NCBI GenBank assembly: GCA_030704615.1
Contig: CM060732.1
Span: 46,996,001-47,060,000 of the forward strand
Direction: 5' to 3'
Length of the DNA stretch: 64,000 nucleotides
From: Takakia lepidozioides
Lineage: Eukaryota; Plantae; Bryophyta
Below, in pieces: positions 12,479 through 26,699 of the stretch (positions are counted from its first letter, which is position 1; every line of letters starts with the position of its first letter). The translations under genes and the position numbers were made by a program. The notes beneath the pieces were generated by a model. It was not told where the DNA came from. It did no database searches and was given only the letters and a program-made list of their open reading frames with translations.

Positions 12479-15400
12479 ATGCAGCAGGGTGTGAGGGCTG
12501 TGGAGGCTTACAGGAGGTCGCTCCTTATCGATGGAGTGACTTCCGACGATGATAGGATAGCGCCAGTGTACAAGCTGGATGAGATCTGTACGACGATTCG
12601 CACTTCGCCTGAGCTCGTGCGCGATTTTCTGGACCTTATCCTCAAGCGCCTAGATCATAAAAGTCCTTTGGTCAAGCAAAAGGTATGTCTATCTGTCTGA
12701 GCAACAGCTAGCTTCGAGCTCGTAATGAAGGAAAGCAAACTGCGATTATATGAAACCAAAGCCCCAAGACTACAAAAACTGCAATGCACTTAGTGGTTTT
12801 GAGGGAGATGGTCGCCAGATAGGCACTGAGCAGCGTTGGGTCAAGCTAAGCATTGACTTGGGCAGCACAACATTACATTTCTGGGTGAAAGTATTAACCG
12901 TGGGCCAATGGGGCCACAGGAGAAGGCTAGTACAGATGATGTTACATCTTCCGGTCCTGACATAGAGGTACTACTAAGGTCAAGAAAGCAGAATTTGGAG
13001 TTGCTGGTGATCCCTTCGATATAGATATGTTTTGAGTTGCCAAGGCAGCTTTGGTTAATGCACAAAACTCCCTAGATAGATCATGAAAGCTGAGTGGGTT
13101 TCCTGGCAACTTGTGTCTGCTTTTCCTATATCTCAACAGGCCTTTTAGCTCTGAAGAGCATTCTGGTAATGCTATGCTAATGTAAGACTGATGGGTGTGG
13201 AAATTCTTGCATATCTTATGCACCTGAAAGTGTAAGTTCCTGCTGACACTGATGTTGGAATGTGCAATTTTAAAAGGCGTTGAGGCTCATCAAAGTTGCA
13301 GCAGGAAAAGCAGGGCCAGATTTTAAGCGTGAAACACAGCGCCACTCATCTGCTGTCCGCAGCTTATTCCATTACAGGTGTGCAAGGAAACAATTAGAAA
13401 GACTTATACTTATGATGATAGTGTAAGCAATAATAAGTTAGAGCATGTACTTACATCCACATTCGCTGCCTCTGACTCATCTGCTTCTGACTGTGGATTA
13501 TTTGAATGGAACATTTGCTACAGGGGGCAGCCTGATGCGCTCAAAGGTGATGCCTTGAACAAGGCGGTGCGAGATACGGCTCATGAAGCTGTATCTGCTA
13601 TGTTTGCGTCCGAAGAGAAAATTTCAGAGAGGCGTATTCAAGGCTTTGGGAGCTCCAACTTTGATATGCCTTTTCCAGATGAGAAAAAAACAATGTTCAG
13701 TGGTATGATGGGGTTTGGAAGCTCAACCATCCGCAGTAGTATAAGCATGATGAGTGGAGCTGGCAGTGGTGGAGGCAGCAATGGGGGCAGCAGCTACAGG
13801 TATGCTGCATAATGTTTTCTTGTGCTTTTCCTTCGAGGGAATTGGCATGGTCTCTATCTTCCTGAGCGTGTTTTTCAGTAAGAGGCAGAAGTCTTATAAC
13901 TGGGGTGCTCACACTCAGGAACTCTTTAGAGGCTTTTGGAGAGGAAGGTTGCGAGGGTCTTACAATGCATGCTAGTTAGCTCCCCTTGCATGCCCATTTT
14001 TTCCCTGGAATTTTGAACGTGATTAATTAGGAGTCCACACAGCCAGTTTATGGTTGTTTGTTTGAACCCAGTTTATTGATCTCCCAGCAGTAGCATCAAG
14101 AGTCTGATCATAGTTCTTGACGATTCCTCCTTAATGCAGCCTCACACTGCTGTCAACTTGTGTGGAACTTTGATGTTGACTCGTCAATATTGGATCTCCC
14201 TTTTATGACATTGAACCTATCTTCAGGGAGCAGAGCTTACGGAGATCACTGACTGCAGAACGAGAGACATTTCAAGAGGAAGGTGACTCAATGGATTCCC
14301 AAGTATCTGCTCCTTTTGATCCCAATGTGGAATATGGCAATGGAAGGGGATCACACAGTGATGGGAAGGGAAACTCACAGGAAGCACGGCTACTGGATAC
14401 AGTCACAGCACCAGGTGGTGTGCGTCTGCAACCCAGTCGTGACGCGATCCAGAATTTTCTTTCAGAAGCTGTGAAGTTGGATGCAGTAAAATTGGGCCAT
14501 GCTCTGGAGGCAAAGCTGCAGGCTCATTCGTGGCAGGTGCACCTGGCTCCCTTCCACCCATTCGAAATGTGTGATTGTGGTCCCTGGGCTGTCACTTGTT
14601 TGCAGGGAGTAGGGTTATTACTCATTTGTCTGTCTATAACTACTATCTCTTAGACGGGAGCGTCAAGCTATTTACACTATTTAGATTTTTATGTTATTGG
14701 GGAACAACCCTTTTCTAATTTTATCACTCTCTGCATAGAGGTCAGGCCCCAACCACCATCCACAATCATGCTTAAAGCCTAGTGACTTCATCTTTCTGGG
14801 GTCATGCTGGATCTTAATCTGTGTTGACAATGGGCTTCTAAGCCTGGGCATGGTTAGGCTTTGACGGTCGTGTTTGTTTAAGGTGACATGTGGCTGCTTG
14901 TCTAAAATTAATTTGGGTGTTATGGGGGTCTATGCTGAATATAAATGATTCCGAGTCTAGTATTAGTAGGCCCCCAGAAGTCTTAGTACACCACCAGAAG
15001 AATTGGAGTATCTTTCATTCACATAGTCATGTAGAAGCCCATCAGCAGTGCTCAGGCACTGATAAATGCATGAATTGAATCCCTACAGGCTTTGGGACGA
15101 ATAATGTTGAATTGACAGCTGCTTCCTTGTGGAGGACTCATGACTGTCTCTGTTAGCTACTGAACTGAGAAATATGTAGGGCTTGGCCTTGGGATCTTTC
15201 TCTCTCCTGTTCAAGTTGGAATGTTGTATTGATCTTGTTTGATCAGTAAAATAGGCTGAAGCTGACGCTGCTATGATGGGCATTGTGTTGTGCTACTCCA
15301 GGTTCGATTTAAAGCCATGTGTTTAGCTGAGGCTCTGGTAAAGCAGAAAGAAAGTAAGGTTTTTGGTACAATAGTTGCAATGCTTGAGGAGGATGCTGTG

Positions 15401-18400
15401 GCCATCCATGAGTGTGCACAATCACCACAGGCCTCCTTGAGGGAAAAATCCAGGAAGGTATGTTGAAGTATGTCTGTGATGCAAAAAATATGATTTTAAG
15501 GCTTGTAAGATTTGTGACTGAAACTGGTAGCACTACCTAGAGCATTGTAAGATGGATCCATACTTTTGTGGCTTTGAGATTTCAAAAGATTTGGCGGAAC
15601 ATGTCCAAAAAAGAAAAATGTTTCACTAGTGTCTCTTGCCACTCCCATATGCTATATTCTTTCCCTGTTAATTTTCCAAGTTGCTGCTAAGTTCAAGCTG
15701 ATGGAATAGCACAGTGTGCTCCCATTGGGAGACGTTGGTACTTTTACAATCTCTAGGGTTGTGAAATGCACGCAAATGTGCTCGATGGGTGATTAAGACC
15801 CAGTCTCTTTCAGGCATCCTCTCTGAGTAGTGATTTGGGGATAAGTTAGGCTTAACGTCTGTTCCATTCTTGAATGGGATTGCAGGTACTGGATTTGCTT
15901 GGGCTCGGTGACAAGGATGGGTTTCAAGAAGAGGGTGAGCACCCCCGAGGAACTCTAGGCCGCATTCCTCCTCCACCGGGCTCGGCCTTGCCTCCTCCTC
16001 CCCCTCCCCCTCCTGTTGTGCTACCTGATCTGATTGACACTACGGAATTTGACTTTCCAGTTGGATCTGGTGGATTGGAGGTAAGGTCTCTGTGCTTGAC
16101 ACCTTCTCACTGCCTTAAAGGCTCATGGAATGGCTAATCTTGTTGAATTATTGCAAGGAATTGTGATTGAAGCTCGCCTGCTGCAATGTGTTAGCTCCAG
16201 AAAGTACTCTGCAAAAGTAAAGGGTGCTAATAGTATTATTTGTCAACCCCAAAGGACGAGGCAACCCGTTTCAGATTGACAGTGGATAGAAATGAACCCT
16301 GAAGAAAAATGGTGCACATTAGGGAGGAGCACATGTGGGAATTTGCAGCGCCCTAAACTAGTAGAAGCTCCGCTCTCCAGAATTGCCCAGGGGGTAGGGG
16401 GCTGGAAAAGCACCAGTGAAATCCATGTGGCAGGCCAAATGGGCAATCCTGTAAATAACATCTAGGGCTCTAAATTTATCATAAGGCCTAAATTTCTGGA
16501 CAAGGCACTATGTAATGTTACTGTGCACCTACTTATCAGAGGAATTAGAAAACAAATATTAAGCCATGGGTGTATGGGAAGGAAGCAAAAATCTGACAAT
16601 ATATCCTCCAGATTTCACATACATAGGAATCTATCTCAATTTTTGAAATTTCAGTCTGATTTTTGGGGGAGACAATCCTTTAGGTGCCATATAATCAGAT
16701 TGTGGGGGGCCTATATCTGCATCTAAAGATTGGGCCCCATTAGTTATTATATCTCCTGAATGCAATGGTCAAATTGCCTTCACTTTTCACAAGATGCGGA
16801 TGCACTACAATGCACATAAATATAAGGTTCATCCCTATGGATGATTGGGGATAAAGAGTTACACCCTCGTCCAGGAGGGTATGCACCTTTTGCAGCGGGC
16901 CCACCAAAAGGGTGTCGGCCTTTAGGGGTTAAGCTTCCAGCTCGAGGAGTGATACACTTCTGGACAATATTGGTTGTTACGTTTCTTTGTCAACCTAGAC
17001 CTCCAGGTCATGGAGAAGGAAGTGTGCATTACTTCTTAAATATTTACTGAATTATTGTTGGTGATTGCAGAGTGTACCCACTGTGGCAAAGCTAGAGGAG
17101 GCTTTGGGTGACACAACTGCAGTTACGTCTTCTGCTTCTGTGACACATGACAACTTGTTTGGAGGATTTCAATGGTCTGATGATCCAGCTGAAATTATGA
17201 ATGAAAGCGTGGGAGCTGATCCTTTTGCTGGCATGTCTCTGAACACTTCAAGTGCACCAGCTGCGGGGCCCAGTGCAGAGAGCAACTTGTTCTCAGGTCT
17301 TAATGTCGACAGTAATGCAGATGGCAGTCCTAATGGATTAGGTGAAGGCCTGGGTTCAACTGGGAGTACGAGCAGTAGCCTTTTTGAAGGTCTCACTGTC
17401 AGTAGTGGGGAGATGGCTGTCTCTGCTAGTCAAGCAGCCCCCTTGGATGGTTTGGTAGATTTGATGGGAGGGTTTTCAACAGAGAGTCCCCTAACTGACA
17501 ATCATATGTCTGACACATTGCAAAGTTTGTCCACCCCCAATTTTTCCTTGCAGCAGCCTGTGGGTTCAGTTCCTGTACCTAGTTTAGGAAGCCATAGCCT
17601 GGCCAGTAAGCTGCCCGGAGGTAGCTTCCCACCCAGCCTCAATGGGGGAGGCTTCTTCAACCAAAGCCTTGGAGCTCAGATGCCCGAAGCAAACCTAGTG
17701 GTTCCTTTGCAAGTGCCAGCAGGTACTGTGCAGCCCCAGATGATATATGTGAACCCGGCAGTACTTATGAACATGGGAATACCTGGTGGTGGTTTTCCAC
17801 CTCATATGCTGCTACAGCAGGGATTTGCTCCTGGGGCTCTTGGATACAGCGGTATGAGCGCCGCATATGCACAACAACAGTTAGCAGCAGGTTTGGCAAG
17901 CATGCAGAGACATGGGATGGGGATGGACATGGGGCCCGGATCTGGATTGCAAGGCAACCTGAGGCCCGGAAGTGGTGCTGGGCTATCATATAATGATGGT
18001 TTTGATTTCTCAAGTGATGCAACACCCAGATACTCTGCTATTGAGACAAGGAAGGAAGACACAAAAGCGTTCGACTTCATTTCGGTATGTGCCTTGATCT
18101 TTCTAGGCTTCAATGCATCCACATTCCCAGGGTGTACAAGAGGGTTTGAGTACTTGTAGGATACTTTGCACTTCTCGTACGCATATGAATTGAAGTCAAC
18201 CCTGTGAAGAATTAAATCAATTCCACTTGTGTATACGTTTACTCCCTTTCTTGAATCACTGAACCTGATACTAACTGTCGATGTGATGGTTGAGGTTGTG
18301 GAATTAGTGAATATATTCAGAAAGAATCTCTGATATGGGGGTCTTTTCCTGAAAGTAAAGGTGACTGCATGTGAGCTCTAAGGTTACCTGACAGACATCG

Positions 18401-18658
18401 CTAGGTTAGACATGTAGAATGGGGGCCTCAACTACATTCCCATGGGAGCATTAAAGACACGATAAAGAAGGATTTTTGGGGCTCTTCAAAGAATAGCGGT
18501 GTCTGGTTCACTCACCAGTTCCACAAATATACCTAGGGACTTCTGCTTACTTGTCAGTAGAAGGAAAGTTTACCATTCTTTGCATGCGTCTCCTTACATT
18601 GAGGCTTGTCTTACAGGACCACGTCTCGGCTGTCTTGGGCCCAAAGAAGAGCAAGTGA
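12479..18658 (+). CDS. MTV1: MODIFIED TRANSPORT TO THE VACUOLE 1 (ENTH/VHS, tepsin-like); join(12479..12682,13277..13377,13524..13799,14227..14536,15302..15457,15886..16080,17071..18084,18617..18658)
   Basis: Motifs LIDGVTSDDDRIAPVYKLDEIC, KRLDHKSPLVKQK|ALRLIK, HYR|GQPDALKGDALNKAVR, TAPGGVRLQPSRDAIQNF, SPQASLREK and KEDTKAFDFIS|DH. All introns are GT-AG with consistent phases. Confidence 0.92.
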
Positions 18659-20654
18659 TTGGATTGCACCAGTTCCTCTTTACTATCTCTAAACCCTTCA
18701 GTTCACCAGGTGTATTTCTAACCAAGGTTGTCATAGGTCTATAGAAGTGAGCCCTTAAAGTGAGGTCAATGACAGGTCCAGATGAACATTGTATGTCTGG
18801 GCAACAATGTACGTTGTTGCTAAGGAATCTGAGCTATAAACCCTCGGTTAAGGTATCGATCTAAGTTTACGTCCTTTTGTCATTGTCAAGATGGATTGTC
18901 TTGGAAGAGTGGTTGCATGTCATCCTGAAGTGCTTGAGCCACACGATCTTTTCATGAGAAGCTGAGGTTTGGTCTGCCTATTGATTGCAAGAAAGGAGAG
19001 GTGATGGCCTGCAAGACTGACTGCAAATGGTTGGTTGCAATCGGGATAGAGAATAGGGCAAGATATCAGATCAAGCTTTATCCGAAAAGTCTAATTTCCC
19101 CCTCCTGGAAAGCCGCCCTTGTTGTCTCAGAACCTGCCCACCCAGCAGCGATATAAAAGTAGCTCTAGCAATCACTGTATCTTCCATTACGACAGCTGCT
19201 CCTCTCATCCCTCACAGCTGCTGTCCAGTTGAAACTGCTTGTAAGTTGGAGAATGTTAGGCTCTGTAATGTGCAACTTAGTATCACTGGTGAGGTAGTAC
19301 TGCAGTTAAGGGTAGGTTCACATGTACATGATCTTGATTTCATTCAGGGCGATATTTCAAGACACGGAGAGGTACCCATGTTTCTTCAAGGAGCATTTCC
19401 TTGGGAAGGTACCTAATAGGTACCCATGATTGGTGGCAAAATGAAGTTGCCACCGTATCTTTTATTAATTATGTAATAGTCCTTCACCTTTACGTGTGAT
19501 ATTAGACAGGTGCGTTTATGATGGGACATGCAACACTTCGGACTGCTGGTAATGATCTCACATGACGCAAAGAGGCACAAGAGAGGAGATAAGGTAGCTC
19601 TAGAGATTTTGTTTCCTTTATAGATTTCTGGGCTTTGCTAAATGAGTCAAGTGAAGAGGTTTTATGATAAGGTTTGAATGGATGCGTGCCTAATTTCGAC
19701 GATGATTTGGAACATGATAAAGTTATCTGTAAAGCACCGGAAACTGGGGGGTACTCACTACTCATCTCGAGTTTGGCCAAAATAGGGGACGAGTTATGGA
19801 ACTGGGGATCAAACTAATACAAAGAGAAAAAGCACAGGATGAAACTTGTCTCCTCACCAAAACTCAGGGTCGAATCAGTTTGGATTTTGCTCAGCTGCAT
19901 GGGCGTGATGATTTGCACTGAGAGATGCACTGAGAGATGAGAGTGACGAAAATAGCAGGATTTGTACCCAGTTTTGCAATGTTTGGCTGACACTATGTTT
20001 GTTTGCAGTCCACACCAGAGCACCTGGTTTATTTGGTGGGGTTAATGCCTCTTGTTCCCACAACCATTTTAGACTGGTACCCCTTGTCTTCTCTCTCAAT
20101 CTCCAACTCCAACTGTCACCACACCTCCAAACTCAGTTTATTGGCTCTGTCCCGCAAGGGATAGAGGCATTGAGGCATCTTGCCTAGGCGGAGAACTAGG
20201 CTTGTCCATTAAGCCTAGTCTATGGAGGGTTGATGGGCATGATTCATGAAGCCTCGGAAGAAGTAAAAAACAACCACCCCAAAATCAGGGAAGGAAAGAG
20301 CTAGGAGAGAGCCTCTTGTGGCGGTGCCGCTTGTTGTTTAACCCGAGCTTGCTGATCTACAGTTCGTTGGACTAGTGTGCCATGGGAGTGATGAACTTCA
20401 TAGAGTGCTTAGCGAGTTCACTTCAATTCTACTAGTAAGTATGTATAGAAACATTGAACACCTGGGCCTATTCCATGTTCTCAGTTTTTCTAAGAAATTG
20501 TCTGGATGAAAGCTTGGCACTGCCGCTGTAACTGGAAAATTTCTTAGCATATGCTTTTCTTAGAGAATTGGTTGGGAAGGGCTGCTTATGTAGTCCCCGT
20601 TATGGCAACAGTTTAAGTCTGTGCTGTACACAGTAGAATTTTCTTGGTTTGTTC

Positions 20655-22343
20655 CAGTGTTGGGCGGTTCTTGTATTTGCTCGGTTCCACAATTATTTCA
20701 AGAGACGGTTCCGGATCCGGTTCCGGTTTTTCTTATTGAGCGGTTCCGGTCCGGTTCCGGATCCAACTTTTAAATATGGGGGCGGTTTCGGTTACCACGG
20801 TTCCAGTTCTTATATATATATATATATATATATAATTTAATTAGATTTAAAATATTTTATCAGTCCGGGAGATTAAATAGCAATGTATTCACATATTTGA
20901 ACTAAAATCCAACGATTTTATTAATTTTCACTAACACAAAAAAAAACCAAACAAAAATACTCTAAATAAACTGGTAGAAGAAAATGGGTAACATTTTATG
21001 GGTTGAAATTATCTGGCAAGTATTGGCATCTTCTAACATTTTCATTAATGAACTTAGCCAAGATATCATGGAGCTGGAGATTGAACCCACGATCTCATGG
21101 CGTTGAAGCATTGAACATAGAATGTCATGGCCTTCAAGCATTGAACCTAGGATCTCATGAGCTTGAGAGCATTAAAGAAGTTTTGCCATGGGCCCACCAG
21201 AAGGTTATGCCATGAACCTGAACCTGTTTTTATCCCCATGAGCCCCGGTTCTCCTGTTCTCACACCTAGCAGGAACCGCCGGTTCAGTTTTGTGCCGATC
21301 CCCATTGGCAAGTTCCGGTTCTGGGTCAGGTTATGCAGGAATGGGCCCAGTTCCGGTCGGGTTAACCTGAACCTGAACCGGCGGTTAACCTGGGTCCCGG
21401 CGGGTAACCGGTCCCCGCGGGTAACCGCCCAATTCCAGTGTTGTGTGGTTCTTGCCATATTGAAGGAACCTCGGGTTCCGGTTCTTGGTATATTAAAGAG
21501 ACGATTCCGATTCTTTTTTATGAAGCGGTTCCAGTTCCGGTTCCAAAATTCATGAGCAGATTCCGGTTCCGGTTCCGGGTATTTTTTGGGAAGGAACCGC
21601 CGGTTCCAGTTTCCGGTTCCGGTTCTCTATTTTTTGAATTTAAAAATATATATTAAAATTTTGATCGGTTTTTATAAATCTGAAAATGATTTGTGAATCC
21701 CCATTAGTTATATTAAATATTTTGACCATGTTGAAAAGAAACAACACAACATTCATATACAAATTTATGAAATAATAATAATGCAATGTAAGCGAGTATA
21801 AATCAAATGTGTGTAGAGTACACAAAAAAATCATTCTATCTCAAACAACTCGGCCTCTGCAATCAACTCCTCGTTGTCATCTAAGAGGACTTCCTCCGTG
21901 TTCAAAATCTCGTTCATGGAAGAGCTCACCAACACAAGAGAGACGAAACGTGTAATAAAAATAAAAATAAAAATAAAAAACCCATTGCCTACGCTGCTGC
22001 GGCCTCCCCTACACGCTGAGGCACTGCTCCCTCCCCCGTGCTGAAGTCGCACTACTGCAGCAGATCACGCAGATTGGAGGTGAGAGACGACCGATCGCGG
22101 GAAAAAAAGAAAAAAAGAAAAAAAAAGAAAAGAAAACCCCTAGTTCTGGAACCGGATCCGGAACCGCCACTGACCCCTGGTTCCGGTTCCTGGAAAAACC
22201 GTACCCGCCGGTTCCGGTTCTGGAACCAGCTCGTCCTGCTCCCCAGTTCCGGTTCCTGGGCACCGGTTTTGGTTCCAGTACCGGTTCCCAGGAACCGGAA
22301 CCGCCGGTCCCAACCTGCCTAAGCGGGTACCCGCACAACACTG
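20655..22343. mobile_element. Two related non-autonomous hAT elements in tandem (20655-~21432 and 21436-22343)
   Basis: TIR CAGTGTTGKGCGG at 20655, inverted at 22343. 8-bp TSD GTTTGTTC at 20647-20654 and 22344-22351. A second left end CAGTGTTGTGTGGTTC starts at 21436. Subterminal GGTTCC/GGAACC repeats are dense. Confidence 0.88.
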
Positions 22344-22919
22344 GTTTGTTCCACCTTGTCATATGGGCTGTCGCGGCCATCTGTGGATTTTGTAGTGTAT
22401 TTTTTCTTCCTTCTTTCCATATGTGTTTTCTCGAGAAATGGAACGATGTTGTGAGCTTCCAAGGGAAATTTGACATCCCACCAATATTACATGTGGCCTA
22501 GTTTGCATAGTAAACATTCTCAGATCTGGACAACAACAAAAGAACTGTTTCGAAGTTTTCTAGTCTTCCCCAACGCTTTGGGCTGTGAAGCTCACAGTTC
22601 CTTGAACAAACTATAGAAGTCTTTGCAGTTGATCTATACTTGCCGGTCTTACCGAGAGCTCTTGTCTAGCTCTTGTCCTGTGCAGGATTGTGCGCTGGAG
22701 CTTTCCACGGAGCTTCAACTGCACAGCTTCCGTTTGCAATGGAAGACGCTTCCACCCCAAGGTTACAGAATTCCTCCAAATGATTCAGGTCCAATATTCA
22801 TGATGAGGCAAACAACAAGTACCTTTGCAACATATGAATAAGCAGAGAATCTGGTGAAACTATCCGTAATCGACCAAGATCTTGGAAAGTTGCGTGGATT
22901 TTGTTATGATCTCTACCTT

Positions 22920-23072
22920 GCATGATCTTAGTAGGGCTCCGAGGCTCGTTATGATGGAGGAGTCACTCACTGCATACCAGAGCTCCGTAGGAGTCTCATC
23001 GACTGTGTCTGAATCAGTTGCCTGCTAAACCGACGTCCTTTTACTCAAGGAGTGGGATCAGGCCTATGCCAG
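22920..23072 (-). pseudogene. Degenerate duplicate of the pyruvate kinase last exon
   Basis: TCTCATCGACTGTGTCTGAATCAGTTGCCT matches TCTCATCGGTTGTGTCTGAATCTGTCGCCT in the real exon. AGTGGGATCAGGCCTATGC matches AGTGGAATCAAACCCCTGC. Indels break the frame. Confidence 0.65.
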
Positions 23073-23143
23073 AAAGAGCTCTCCTTTATATAAGAGCTCT
23101 CTTCTGAGAGTGTAGAACAGGAATTTGGGATATCAAAACTAAT

Positions 23144-26100
23144 TTAACTATAGCTATCCCTGACATCCATTATCTTGATGACCGAGGCTGCTCCAATACG
23201 ATGGAGTGCTACGATGGCATCCCCTGGGCAACATAGATTCCGGCTCACTGCGTATTCAAGCGCTGAATTCAGGATCTCATCGGTTGTGTCTGAATCTGTC
23301 GCCTTCGCTGACCCTTCTGCCAAGAGTGGAATCAAACCCCTGCAAATATAAGCTCTGTTCGTGAGAACAAAACACACATCCAACGATTTGTTCGAAACTA
23401 CGGATCTGTGGATCAATGTGGCAAGCTAATGCTCAGTCAAAAGTCCTCCCGCTTGGTTTGTATGTTTTGAAATTATGAACAGGCCACATTGCTTGGATAC
23501 ATTTACTTAAGCAACTGAAAACTGAACCTCGGCACTGCTTACAGGCCCCCTTAGGTGTTGTCAATCTTTCTTATGTGAATCCCTGGTGGTGACCCGAAAC
23601 AGGGATTTTGTATAGGACACACCGTGACAGCAAAACTGGTACCTGCAAATAAGACTATGGCGGGCCGGGGACTCCTCACTGCACTGCCAAGTAAGATTGT
23701 CGGTGGTCATCACTGGAACAGCAACCGAAAGAATGGGAACAGAAGGCCGGTACTTGGCCACCAGCTTTGCAGTGCTACCCCCCCGCGTAAGCACGACAAT
23801 CAGAGCTGCTCGGACTTTGTTAGCAGTCCGGACAGCTGATGATGCCAAACTCTCCAAGGGGCTCATAGGTAAGGGGACGTTCCTCATTAACTCCTTGAAT
23901 ATGGACGAGTAGTCTAGAGAGGCCTCTGCCTCCTGGCAGATGCGTGACATGATCCTCACAGCAATTTCTGGATATGATCCATTGGCTGTTTCTCCACTCA
24001 GCATAACACAATCCGTCCCATCAAGGACAGCGTTGGCAACATCAGTGGCTTCAGCACGGGTCGGACGGGGGGACTTTATCATGGACTCCAGCATCTGAGT
24101 AGCCGTGACAACCGGTTTTCCAGCAGAGTTACACTTGTAGATCATCATCTTCTGAGCAAGGAAGATTTTCTCAGTCGGAATCTCCATACCCAAATCACCT
24201 CTGGCTACCATGATCGCATCTGTTTCCCTCAAGATGTCATCGAAGTTGACAAGCCCTTCCTGGTTTTCCACCTACAACACGCAAAAGCAGGGCTTGAGAA
24301 GCAAAAATTCGTCCTTATTTTACCCAGCCATGCTGCGATGATGTAAGCTCTTGGTACATTTGTGGCATCCTTGTCCAGGCCCAACTTACACAACGTCTGC
24401 TATCATTATCGCACAATGCCAGACGGCCTTCCAGTTTTGAGTATTTAGGAGGACCGTCACTCCCCGATTCCTAGCCTTGTGGATAGTCAGTCTCGACCTG
24501 ACTGGCCCCATCTGTTTAAGCGCATCAGTGCAGTCAGTAGGTGAGATGTCCAATGTGTTAAGACTTGCTCATTGAAAGAATTGCTTACAACAGGCTTGAA
24601 GATGGGGAGTCAAAGCATTACTTCACAGAAGTTGGGGTTGCCGTCTCCATTGATCCTCAGCATTGATCGCACTGTAACTTGGTAGGAGTTTTCATTGAGA
24701 TGCGAAGGCGGTGGGGTCAACCCAAACGTCTTGGCAAGTGTTCTCTTTGCTTTCGATTGCAACATCTATAATCTCTTCTCCATTATCTTTTTGCAGATTC
24801 AGAGTTATTCTCCAAGGAGCTTTGAGAGTCTAAAATGTCCCACCAAGGGATCTTCCTTACCGAGCCTAGGTTTATCCATGATGCAGGCCCCTCCCTCCTT
24901 ACCACTGTAAACGTACTACCCTTGACACCATTATGGACAAGAAGGTCAGAGACTGGATCATTTGAAAAGTGGACAGTTTAGTCCACCAATGTTCACAGGA
25001 CTAGTTGAACACTTTTTGCATATGCAGCTACATGTAGTTGGCCTCTCACTGCTTCATATCTTCGCAGCTTGCCAAGCATTGCAAGTGGGACCGTCTCAGA
25101 GAGACCAAGACAAAGTTTCTATTTTCTCACTACAAACGGAAGCAACATCCCTCAGTGCCAGCAGAAGTCCACGTACCTGGCAGCACAATCTTGAACCTGC
25201 CCTGCCAACTCGTTCACTACATTCGCCATAGTTTTTCTAACCAGGAATTGAGGCTACGACGACAGAGTTTAAATGTGTATGTATATTATACCTTCGAGAT
25301 AATTTGAATGGTCTTAGAAGCAGGGCCAAGCAATTCCTTGATGCTGACGACATCGGAACCTTTCCGAACAAAGGAAGCAGCAATGAAATCAATCCGATTA
25401 GCAACTCCCCAAATCGTGATATCCTCGATATCCCTGGGAGTAAAGGTTGGCAGATCAACGACAATACCCGGCAAATTGACATTCTTTCTCTCCCCAAGGG
25501 TGGCCGTATTCTCACACCGACACTTCACCGTCCCTGCTCCGGTGTTACATTCCAGAACTGTAAGACTGATGGTACCATCCGAGCACAAGATCATGTTCCC
25601 AGGCTTCAGATCCACTGCAAGTTTCTGGTAGCTCATAGCTATCATGTTTTCATCACCCAAGTGGTTGTAGTCAGTTGTAATCGTTATTTCTTTGTCTCGA
25701 ATCAGCTTGACAGACTTCCCATCCTTCAACGCCCCCGTCCGAATCTCCGGACCCTGCCAAAGAAATGCTTCACATGTGAATGCCTTCAGAATTGGAAGTA
25801 AGTCAATTTGAAGATCATGCTCATTGAAGTAGACATGGGACATCTGCGAAGTTTGTAAACCGGGTTAATATCTGCTCCATGTAGAATAAAGCAAGAACCT
25901 GTCAGGAAGTCCAAAAAGAGACAAAGAACAAACAAGAAAAACCCTAAGATTAGGAGCTCTAGAGTTTCAGATACGTGAGAAAATTAAAACTCGTCTCTTT
26001 CTCGTGCCAAGGCCATCTCATGCGACCTAAAAACCTGTCGAAAGACTAGAATTGAAAAGTCCATATTTCCTCACAAACACCAGGTTGTAAGCCGAAACTA

Positions 26101-26699
26101 GGATTTTCAGTAGTTACTTAAGATCTACATATGAGAATACTGTTACCCGCCATGCAAAACGCCCACTTGATCAATAAGTACAGAACTCTAAACCAGACAG
26201 CGAAAAAATGGTTCAAATGTGCATTAGTGATCGAAGACGTCCAAGAAGATAGGACCAGGATAGATCAAAGTGGGTCCTTGTCTAAAAATCTGGAAGCAAA
26301 GCACAACTACGTTTATCTGAGGGGAGAGGGGAACTAGGAGGGAGAAGAAAGCACCTGCTCAAGATGAATCTCTACCAAGCCACGTAGTTGTTATTTTCCC
26401 AGTGGCACAGAACAAGCAAACAAAGCCGGAGGTACCTTGGTATCCAACAATACACCGCACATTATCTGAGTGTTGTACATGGCTTGCTTCAGATTATCAA
26501 GAGTTCCCTGATGATACTCATATGTTCCATGCGAGAAATTGAAGCGGGCCACATTCATCCCCGCCTTCAACAATTTTTCCAGTACTGGCACATCCCTGGA
26601 CTTTGGGCCCAGGGTACAAATGATCTTTGTCTTCGAAATACGAAGACGAGATTCATCATTCCCACTTCCAAGAATGCCTTGTATATCTATGGTCGCCAT
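23144..26699 (-). CDS. Cytosolic pyruvate kinase; complement(join(23144..23339,23643..24271,25292..25753,26436..26699)), about 516 aa
   Basis: Motifs KTKIICTLGPKSR, ARFNFSHG, LLDTK|GPEIRTG, ISK|VENQEG, MVARGDLGMEIP, ATQMLESM and DCVMLSGETANG. The CDS is 1551 nt, in frame across GT-AG introns. Confidence 0.97.

Noticed and set aside
572-18658. Functional cluster of clathrin-trafficking genes (ANTH and MTV1)
   Set aside because: Only two genes, separated by an unrelated ALMT. Chance adjacency is enough to explain it.
21147-22476. ORFs of 100-155 aa in the MITE region, and similar antisense ORFs elsewhere
   Set aside because: They are by-products of GGTTCC repeats or antisense shadows of real genes, with no protein motifs.
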